A DNA stretch of 7,777 nucleotides from Zygnema circumcarinatum SAG 698-1b (GCA_037447605.1 JBBHKD010000062.1:1-7777); one strand, 5' to 3'. Shown: positions 1 through 7,690, counted from the stretch's first letter. Numbers and translations: made by a program. Notes: a model not told the origin generated them from the letters alone.

Positions 1-89
1 TCGCTTCCATCTCTTACCAGCGTGTGCCGCTTTCCTCAAGCTGTTCTGACCGCCAAGTGGCGTTGGGAAAGGGGCGAACTGCCATGTGC

Positions 90-345
90 TGAGGAACCAG
101 CACATGCAGCCCAAGGACATGGGAGGTGTTTCCCATGACATGCAAAGCATTCATGGCACATTGCATGAATATCAACATATGACATTGAGGATAAAGACAT
201 GCGATCACCATTCATCACTACCACGTCCATAAATCCGGAAGGAGTCACCCGCGATTGGCGGGGAAGAAATGGAAGAGGAGTACATCAAGCACAAAGAGAT
301 CTTGCACTCCCAAAGGCCTGCCCACCAAGTTAAGAATGTCCAGGG
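90..345 (-). pseudogene. Retroviral-type aspartic protease (retropepsin) relic of element 1
   Basis: Stitching minus frames gives ILNLVGRPLGVQDLFVLD (expected position of the catalytic D-S/T-G, now disrupted), then FMDVVVMNGDRMS..YVDI (resembles the V.VANG flap motif), then HVMGNTSHVLG (resembles the D.ILG motif). Several frameshifts. Confidence 0.65.
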
Positions 346-399
346 TTCTAAGAAACTAGAGTCTTTTATCCTTGATGGCGGCCCCATTCCTCCCCTAGC

Positions 400-1848
400 C
401 TAGCATGGCGATAGCGACCTAAGGCTATTTGGTGGGTTGGGGGCCTCGGCCCCTTGCCCTTCTTGTCCTTGGTGTTGAGGGGCAATCCGGGCCTGTGCCT
501 CCTTACTTGTGGAAACACTTGTTCTCCACTGCATCTTCTCCATTTCCTCAAGAGTCAGCTTCTGCGGCCGTGCAGTGGGTGGGCGGGCAGCCACTTCCGG
601 CTGCTTCCGCTTATTCTTTCCTGCCAGTTTGGCAGGAGCTGAGGGTCCCGCCTTCCACGACCCTGTCACGTCGCCCGACCTCTGCTGGGGTCGGGAAGGT
701 CCTGCATCGCCTGCAGGGGCGGTGTCCAACTGAATGGCTGCATCAGAATGCAGCTCAGTGTGGGGTCCCACGGTTCGAGGAATTAAGGTAGGTTAGTTCT
801 TGAAGCTGCTTCCTGGTGTAACCCCAGTATTTCTGAAGTGGAAAAAAGAACTCAACTTTGTCGAGGGCTTGTGAGTGGTGATTTGGGGCACCGCAGCCAT
901 GATCTCCTTGGCTTTACTTGTGCTTGCAGTTTGGACCGTGATACGAAACTTATCCCCGAGACCTCCAAGCCGGGTCCAAGGCTTAAGTGTTTGTCACTAA
1001 ATCTAGAACTTATCCCAATGCGTCCCCAATCTCATGGAATGGAGGCCTCATACACCGCAGTTATCACGGCTCCACAGTCTTTGGGTAAACAAAGCTTACC
1101 TTTGGAGAGAGAGGAGGCAGTTAATTATAAAGAAGGTAACCACTTAGTTTGGCCAACCAACTTGCTCAATCCCGGTCCAGGTGGTAGAATGTTAAGCTGA
1201 GGCGGGGCCACCTTGGCCCGTTGTTGGGCATCCTCGATGATTTCTTGAGGAGGGCGGTCCAGAGGTAGGATCTCCCTCCTTGCCCGTGACTGCCCAGGAT
1301 GAAGTCCCAGCCTAGCGGTGGTTAAGCCACCCCATGGTAAACTCCCGTTGAATCCAGCAGGGGTCAGTCTGCGATAGCGCGGCGCCCGATTGGGGAACGC
1401 CGGTAGCGGCGATGCTACCGCGTGGTGTCTTAACCCTTCCCTGGGACTTGCCGTCAGGCGCCTCTACGGCCGAGGTTGAGCATACAACCTAACCGATGGT
1501 CCAGGCCTGTCGCGAGGCTCACGAACTCCATCACGGGCGTGTCCACAGCCGTCGGACGAGTCAGCTCCATATGCGTCACCTTCCCTTGAAACGGCTCAGC
1601 GTATTCACGTTCTGCTCCCTTACACTCTTCCCCAGATCCTCAATTCTGTTCCTCATCTTCTGGGCCGCGCCCACGGTGATGTGGGCCCCGATCATGGGGT
1701 AGGGCCCAGTTGGAGCTTCTACCGGAGCCACGGGCTCCGGTTGGGTGGGAAGAGGGGCGGTGGTCTCCGGGTGACCTTGGTCACCCGTGGGCTCGGGACT
1801 CGGCCCCTCCATAGGGACGGGCGTCGTCTCCGAGTTCTCCTCCATCAC
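400..1848 (-). pseudogene. gag: gag relic of element 1
   Basis: Pro/Glu-rich N-terminus (ORF 1576-1848), then across frameshifts RAKVAPP..TFYHLDRD*ASWLAKLSGYLLYN (K.P.P..F...WL...YF-type Gag start), HWDKF, ALDKVEFFF, PHTELHSDAAIQLD and QKLTLEEMEKMQ..NKCFH...HR..DCP followed by basic KDKKGKGPRPP. Many stops and indels. Confidence 0.75.
478..523 (-). other. Frameshifted CCHC zinc-knuckle relic of element 1 Gag
   Basis: Minus strand AAC AAG TGT TTC CAC ... AGG CAC AGG CCC G GAT TGC CCC reads NKCFH / HR / DCP in adjacent frames, directly after the LT.EEMEK motif that commonly precedes Ty3/gypsy knuckles. The second Cys is not recoverable. Confidence 0.65.
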
Positions 1849-1963
1849 CTCATCCCGGGGGAAAGGTGGTGGAGGTGGCGGCCCCGAGCGCCCCGGGTCC
1901 CCTCCGGCCCGGCGAGTGGTCCTGTGACCCGCAGGAGTTCCGAGAAAGGAAGGCCTTAGCGCG

Positions 1964-1975
1964 GCCTCGATACCA
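1964..1975 (-). promoter_or_regulatory. Primer-binding site of element 1 (TGGTATCGAGGC)
   Basis: Lies 1 nt after the LTR end ...CGCCGTTACA and begins with TGG. It shares TGGTATC with the plant initiator-Met PBS TGGTATCAGAGC but diverges after 7 nt. Confidence 0.75.
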
Positions 1976-2757
1976 ATGTAACGGCGAAGGCCGCCTCGCC
2001 GGCTGGCGAGGAATTCACACCGGCGGCACTCACGGAGTCGAGGAGAGAGAGCGCCCGAGGTGGGGAGCAGCCCGGAACGGTACGTGCAACCCGTATACCC
2101 GGTATGTTGAGATTTAGGTGACAGCGGTCACCCACGCCCCTTTACGCTCCCAGTTAGACCTCACCCGGCATATGGAAGTTGGAAGCGAGAACGTCAATGG
2201 CGAGGCCCCTTCCGGCTTGTCCCTCTCGACTCGAATGGGTGAGAGGTGGCCCTGCTGTCTGAATGCTGCCCGCATTCAGCGGCGCCGCCCTTGTTTCGCG
2301 GCCCGATACGCGTCGGTCTTACGGTGAGGATCCTGGCCCAGCATTTGTGAGGGTCCAGAAGCTTGACGATCCGTCCGTACCAGGGTTCAAAGTAGCTGGC
2401 CCATGCAGGGCCGAGCGGTGGCGAATTCAAAGGGGGATCCGGGCGTGGCGCGATCCAATCGGACGGATTGGTCGTGGTGCTTAGATAGCCCGTGATCCTC
2501 CTGCTGAGGAGGGGACCTGGCTTGTGGCGTGGGGCCCATAGAGATTATGTGGCGGCCCCACGGGTGAACCAGTTCTTATGGTTCGAACTTAGGACCTCCG
2601 TCGTCCTATAGGGTATCCGATGCCTTAACCGTTAGGTACTGCATTGGATGGAAACATAAAGCCACGCCGGGCTCTAAGTAACCCTTCCCCTTGGGGAATT
2701 GTTGGCCCATAGCGTTTAGCTACTATAAAGGTTACCAGGCCGAGGTATTGCATTCTG

Positions 2758-2765
2758 ATTTATAT
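2758..2765 (-). promoter_or_regulatory. Candidate TATA box in LTR1 (ATATAAAT on minus strand)
   Basis: Motif match in the sense orientation of element 1. Other TATA-like motifs exist (minus about 3650-3657; plus 2796-2802), so the assignment is not unique. Confidence 0.3.
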
Positions 2766-2841
2766 TTGAGGGCGTACGTATACGTGCCATTACCATATAA
2801 ATTACCGTAATAAATGCTTGTATCGTCTAATGGCGTATCGA

Positions 2842-3135
2842 GGCGTTTAAGTAATAAACGTATCGTATTGAAGGCAAGAAAAGAGAAGGGGAGAAGCGAG
2901 GCGCCTCTTCTGCGGCTGACACGGCCCGGAGATGGGAGAACTTTTAAGTAAGCCCGTAGCGGCTGGTCTGACTAGTACAGCTAGTACGGATAGTACCGTG
3001 TCCGGGCGTTTAGGTATCGTATCATTATCGAATCAGAAGAAGGGAGAAGCGGCGCCTCTTAGGCGTCTGCGAGGAAGGAATTAATTAGGTGGCGAGTTTT
3101 CTGCGTGGCCATTAGCGGCTAGTGCGGCTAGTCTG
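2842..3135. repeat. Diverged two-copy tandem duplication (period about 150-165 bp) in LTR1
   Basis: Colinear shared blocks: GGCGTTTA (2842 / 3005), GTATCGTAT (2860 / 3014), AGAAGGG(G)AGAAGCG..GGCGCCTCTT (to 2909 / 3060), TAGCGGCT (2957 / 3113). Confidence 0.7.
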
Positions 3136-3726
3136 GCTGGAATGCGGATATGGATCGATTGGGGGTCCTCGTATTTTCACCTAAAGGAGTCGTCTGTATT
3201 TTAAGCCCGATTGCGCGAAACCACCCCTTTTTAATGCGAGTAACTTGTGTTTGCCGTACTATCATTTTAGTAGTACTAGCAGTACTATACGTACTAGCAG
3301 GTTCAGAGACTTCACATAAAACTCACCTAATCTCAGCTCGGACGCCGTAAAGGCGCTCGCTCCTCTCCTTCACGGCCGATGCGATGCGATGCGAGCGGAT
3401 GGTGCGATCACTTTCTGAGACTAGGAGTCACGATCGGCAGCCCGATATGGTATTCAATGGAGTGCAGCCGTCTGGTTTTGAGGGCGAATTAGCGAAGCGG
3501 GAAAACTTCGTCACATGAGGTCCGCGATGTAGCGCGTGCGTTGATACTAAGCGAGGGCGTGCGATCTGATGCGATGTCATACGGTGCGATAAATGCGGTC
3601 CAACATGAACTCTAACATAATACCACCGCGTCATTAAGTAACACAAACCTTATATATGCAAAATTAATATTTTCACCTCATATTGAAAAGTAGGAACGGT
3701 GGAAAATATGAGGGACCTGTCTGGCA

Positions 3727-3844
3727 CAAGATAAGTGGGGTTAAAGGGGAGCCGGTGAGCTGATTCACGGGTGCTATGCGGCCCTTTCGTGGCGTCCGTC
3801 TTTGGCCCGATGAAGGGTTGGGTTAGGTTGGGTTGCAAGCGTAG
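3727..3844. repeat. Dispersed repeat copy A, homologous to 6433-6543
   Basis: Colinear blocks CAAGATAAGTGGGGTTAAA(G/A)GGGAG (24/25 identical), CGGCCCTTTCG (11/11) and GGCCCGATGAA(G/A)GGTTGGGTT (20/21), with diverged spacers. Confidence 0.9.
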
Positions 3845-3897
3845 GCCCGACTACGAACTCGGTGCAGAAGCTGGTACAGCTGCATCAAGCTGTGACA

Positions 3898-6425
3898 GGT
3901 AATGCGATCTTAGCCTTGTCTCCCATGAGCTGATGAACCATGCGTTCAATCAGGGATAGGCCGTCTGTCGGGGGGGGTGGTCGACGATCGGCTGCTTGGG
4001 GGTAGAAACGGGCTGCTCGAGGGCGATGGGGCGGGTTGACATGCATTTCTTCCGTCGCCCGGTCTTTGTGGCTCTACAGGCTGCCGCCCGGCTAATGGCT
4101 CCTCCTCGTGAGATCGTCCGGTTTCCTCCTCGGGGCATGGATCCAAGGGATGACGAGTGGAGGAGGAAGGTATGATTCTCGGACGGGGGTGGGCCGGTGG
4201 GCCGTGCCGGTTGGCACCCGTTGACATTAGCGGGGGAGGAATGGCGGGGATGTGAATCGCGGATCACTTTGGTTGACAGGGAGTCTGCGCAAGGCAGTTG
4301 CAATCTCGGCGATCCGGGCTTGAGCACCTTCTTCAGAAGTGATGGGGGATTCGGACCAAGCCGGTTGCAATGCTGCGGCAATCTGGGCAGTGCGTGAGCG
4401 GGCAGCAGGATCGGGCTCAGCACCCAATGCGTTTGTCAGTGAAGGGGAGTCCATGGGGTCGCGGATGGATAGGCGGGGGCGTTGCGGGGATGGGTATAGC
4501 GGTTGAAGGGAGGTGGAAGCTGGCCGAGGCCAGGAGTTCTTAATTGGTGTGTGAGGTAGCGGAACATGTCCATGAAGGTGGTCTCTAGCAGTGGAGAGGC
4601 TCCCTGCGGTACACCTCACCCGCTTGAGGCCTTCTCCGCTGAGAGTCTCGCATGCATACGGGCATCATGTCCGTGATCTGGCAAAGGTGTAGGGTCCATG
4701 GTCCCTGGCGCTGACCCGGCGGTTGTGATTCAGGCGCAGGCAAGGCAAACGCCCTCACGGAACCCCTGCTGTCATCCGGCGGCAGATTGACCTGGCGGCT
4801 TCTCTCTCGCCGGTGTCGCGATCGGAATAAGGACCCGATATCCTGGGCGGCGTCACGGGATGTGAGATTCACCAGGCTCAATGGGATCTGCGCCCGGATC
4901 ATGAGGGTAATACATGGGGAAAGGGGAAGGGGCTTGAGTGGCGGTATAGCGGAAAGGAGGCTGCACCCGCAGGGGGTACCGGGCGTCGGCGAGGGATGCG
5001 GGAGAAAGGCGTCTTGTTCTAGAAATGTAGTAAGGGATCATACAGCTGCGATTACGTATTGTCTTGAGGCTGCTGGTAGGTCGATCTTATGCGTGGATCT
5101 GTTGCATTCATGTAATGTAGTGCGTACATGTGGGTTGCCTATCTCTTGATCCTTCTGAATTCGCTCTGCCCTTTCTAACAATGCCTGGGCATCTGCTGGT
5201 GGGTTGTCGCGCAGCTCACGATCCAGGTGGAGATCCTTCTCGCTGATGGCCTTGCGGAACCACTAGAGAACTTCGGGAAAGTCAAGCAAGTTCTCGATCG
5301 TATTTGCCATGCGCACAAAACGCTTAGTGAATTCAAACAGCCGCTCATCACTGTAGCATACTATGTAGCGAGAAGTCGGTCTAACCTGATGTCCGGATCC
5401 CGAAATCTGGCGTTATGCAGCTTGCTTGAATGTGTCCCTTGTCGAGGATGGCGAGCATCCAGCTTTGTGCGGTTGGGGACGGCTTCCAATTGGCTGCTCC
5501 TCCTTCCGAGCTCAAGATTTGAAAGCGGAATCGCTGGCGGTCCTCTTTTTGAGATGCCTTGATGGCTGCCTTCTCCTCAAAGGTGTCACCGGCCGTAGCC
5601 TGCATCTTTCACCTTCTTGCGGTGAAGCCTCTTGTGATGATGCGTGGTATCCCTCCACCTCACTCTTTTTCGAGGGAATCATGGATATGTCGGTTTGTCA
5701 TCATCTCTTCCATACTAACAGGAAACTTCCGGTCGATGGGACCTATTATTTCTCTGAGGTTGGTCTGCGAAAATTTCGGAGGGTCCTTGGGTGGTCTTGG
5801 CACTTGCCCTGAAACTGACTGCTGGGGCTGCGGATGGGTAAGTTGTAGGCAGCCGGAGGGTGAGGGTGTCTCCCGAGATCCCACTCTGCTTTGTGGGGCT
5901 GGCATTGCGTGGCTGTGCTTGAAGGGACTCAGTGCGGTAGTTATCCGTGAGATCCGTGGGTTGTGTCACTGGTGGGCCTTGAGGATTTTCCGAGTTCGAA
6001 CAGCACTCCCTCTCTTCTACGGCATGTCTACTTGGTAGTGGCAATGTTAGGCTGAAATTTGCAAGAGCGATCATCAGTGCATATTACGTGAGAGTTCATA
6101 GCCATCCTTTAGATGGAGTCAACTTTGCAACTCTTGATCGACTCGATGCGCTTTCCGAGGGTAAGCGAGGCTGGGATAAGGGGTTCTCTTCGGTGATATC
6201 TTGAGTCTCTCTCACGGCTACTTCTTCCCTCACGAGTCTAAATCCGTCCTTATGGATTTCCGATCCTTTATTCTTCTTGAGGTGCCAGGTCGCTAATGCG
6301 AGATACTCATGAAGATACGCTTGTCCCTCTTGTTCACGGCTCTTCATCCATGGCGGTTGTATTAGGTCCGCGGGGACCAACGGACCTGGCGTATCAAAGA
6401 TGCGTGGATCACGCAAAACGCCATT
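3898..6425 (-). pseudogene. gag: Long gag relic of element 2 (Retrotrans_gag-like core about 5760-5130)
   Basis: Stitched frames: PPKFSQTNLREIIGPIDRKFPVSMEE[YD..]...HIHDSLEKE (Tat-type YDG..DP..H region), GGAANW, DPDIRLDRLLAT, SDERLFEFTKRFVRMANTIENLLDFPEVL*WFRKAISEKDLHLDRELRDNPPADAQALLERAERIQKDQE. The last block matches the Q..GE.L..Y..RF...A...F..GL...L...P.T..EL..RA pattern. Numerous stops and frameshifts. Confidence 0.8.
4643..4704 (-). other. Tat-type Cx2Hx4Hx4C-like knuckle relic of element 2 Gag
   Basis: GPWTLH followed in the adjacent frame by PDHGHDARMHARL resembles the W-C..H...GH.T..C..L motif of Tat-lineage Gag. Both Cys positions are degenerate. Confidence 0.5.
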
Positions 6426-6434
6426 TCGATACCA
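6424..6434 (-). promoter_or_regulatory. Primer-binding site of element 2 (TGGTATCGAAA)
   Basis: TGG-starting motif immediately after the repeat terminus ...CCCCACTTATCT and immediately before the gag relic. Its first 9 nt are identical to element 1's PBS. Confidence 0.65.
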
Positions 6435-6543
6435 AGATAAGTGGGGTTAAAAGGGAGACTCTTGAGCTAGTTCTGCGGGTCTTTGTCACGGCCCTTTCGG
6501 CGTGGAGTGTTAGGCCCGATGAAAGGTTGGGTTGGATTCGTAG
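6433..6543. repeat. Dispersed repeat copy B (PBS-proximal U5 end of LTR2), homologous to 3727-3844
   Basis: Same colinear blocks as copy A. Confidence 0.9.
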
Positions 6544-7690
6544 ATTCTGCACCATGACATGAGGCGGGGATCCGGAGGGTCCGGAGATGCAGCGTGGAAG
6601 GCGTGGAATCGAAGATGTTCCCACCGGTAATTTGGACCCGTCTTGAGGCGCTCGCCCAGGGCTCTCGCCATCCCTCTCCTCGGCTAGTCTCTTGGCTAGG
6701 CTTCACAGTTATCATTCATTGGGAGGAATGTAAAGGCGAGGATAGAGAACAAGATGGTAACTGGCATAGTGGCGGCAAAGGAAGCAGGACTCAGCAGATA
6801 AAGGTTGTATTTTTGGAAGAAGTCGCAGAAGCGGTGATTTGGCTGAAGTTAATCATTACTTAGAAAGTATCTTCTCCGCTGAAATCTTTACATGCATTTT
6901 GAATGGGGCGTCTAAATCTTTCGGCAAAGAAGACTCTTTTCTCTATATATATATACATACATGGCGGACTCTCTCTCTCTCCACACTTAGCATCTATTCT
7001 TTGGGCCCAGAGGAAGAAAGAGAAGAACAAGACAACAAACCACCACCCGGCAAATACAAATACTAAGCCCGACACTAAAAGACAAACAAGCATCCTTTGA
7101 CATCCATCTACTTAACAGCGACAATAGATCTTGAGCCTTACTTACATTGAAAAGCGAGTCCACTGATTCAGCCCAACTGCCTTGAGAAGGCGTGACTACG
7201 TGAGGCCTTGATGGAATCAGCTGGCGACAATGGTGACTGCGGTAACTTCGAGTCGCGCTGTTGGATCGGTGTCGCGGATTCAGGTGGGCGCCAGCGCTGG
7301 CGCGCCTTCTGCATTTTCGAGTCGGCAACTCACGGATTATGCCGATTAAAGTGACCTGTGAATATGTCGAAATTACAAGCCCCGAGCGAGGCGGATCCGT
7401 CGAAACCGCGGCTCGGATACTACAACGACCTGGTATTTTGGTATGAATGCGACCGATGCGACCCGTGCAGTCACGGTCGTTAATTGTTTAATGATTGGGT
7501 ATAATATATATAATAAAGTCTTTTACTTTATACTATATTACTACTTTTAAACCCGTTGTAAAGTAAGTAATGTCGTCGGACTTTATAACGCGGGCCATCC
7601 CTACCCCCAACTGACATCAATAGAATTGAAGTGCAAGGAATGTCTTCTTCCATAACATTTTTTTCCTCTAATGGGTCAATACATGTGACA
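6435..7690 (-). repeat. Putative 5' LTR of element 2 (far end tentative at TGTCACA, 7690)
   Basis: Starts at the PBS, lacks convincing coding signal and contains TATA and (CT)n tracts. The 7690 end is only a TG-start motif guess. Confidence 0.4.
6941..6981. promoter_or_regulatory. (TA)6 TATA-like run (6944-6955) and (CT)6 tract (6969-6980)
   Basis: CTCTATATATATATACATACATGGCGGACTCTCTCTCTCTC read directly; a typical plant core-promoter combination. Orientation is ambiguous. Confidence 0.45.

Larger units (their letters stand above)
1..3897 (-). mobile_element. Element 1: degenerate Ty3/gypsy LTR retrotransposon (chromovirus-like Gag), 5' LTR + PBS + gag-pro, truncated by the left window edge
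   Basis: Minus-strand order LTR (3897-1977), PBS (1975-1964), Gag relic, CCHC knuckle relic (523-478), retropepsin relic (about 345-90). A long Gag with a C-terminal knuckle followed by this protease type fits Ty3/gypsy. RT, RNase H and integrase would lie outside the window, so the superfamily call rests on Gag and protease motifs only. Confidence 0.8.
1977..3897 (-). repeat. 5' LTR of element 1 (about 1921 bp)
   Basis: TG...CA termini with an imperfect inverted repeat: TGTCACAGC (minus, from 3897) versus TGTAACGGC (plus, from 1977), 7 of 9 identical. The PBS-proximal end is well supported. The 3897 end also coincides with the point where element 2's coding relic stops. No second LTR copy is in the window to confirm the boundary. 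Confidence 0.6.
3898..7100 (-). mobile_element. Element 2: degenerate Ty3/gypsy LTR retrotransposon with Tat/Athila-type Gag; interrupted at 3898, right boundary uncertain
   Basis: LTR-like region, then PBS (6434-6424), then gag relic with Tat-type motifs. The end coordinate of 7100 is approximate; the LTR may extend to about 7690. Confidence 0.75.

Noticed and set aside
429-1200. Plus-strand ORFs 429-791 and 838-1200 (also 4787-5149, 5227-5562, 5426-5812, 5559-6038)
   Set aside because: Antisense shadows of gag relics with no recognisable motifs.
1849-2127. Gag1 frame stays open upstream through the PBS into the LTR
   Set aside because: No ATG upstream of 1845, and about 90 open codons is unremarkable in GC-rich sequence.
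2820-3600. CRISPR-like or tRNA/rRNA structure among the short repeats
   Set aside because: Repeats are irregular and diverged with no constant repeat-spacer period; no cloverleaf or rRNA signature seen.
3730-3835. Shared peptide TQPFIGP...KG...LPFNPTYL in minus ORFs 3650-3838 and 6467-6715
   Set aside because: A by-product of the DNA repeat at an LTR terminus; the spacers have frame-breaking indels and one copy has an in-frame stop.
5606-5662. In-frame TGA codons that read plausibly as Trp (alternative genetic code)
   Set aside because: The same relic also has TAA and TAG stops and multiple frameshifts; ordinary pseudogenisation explains it.
6029-6088. GT...CTAAC...AG fungal-style intron on the minus strand
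   Set aside because: The reading frame continues through this segment if C-to-T stops are reverted, and splicing does not restore a long ORF.
3898-6425. Fungal RIP as the cause of decay
   Set aside because: No evident TpA excess or CpA depletion by eye, GC content remains high, and indels are frequent.
7281-7293. TGGCGCCCACC on the minus strand resembling a Tat-type PBS
   Set aside because: Not adjacent to a CA terminus, overlaps a palindrome, and no coding relic follows.
7593-7602. TAGGGATGGC (minus), similar to hAT/MITE terminal inverted repeats
   Set aside because: No partner TIR or 8-bp TSD in the window.
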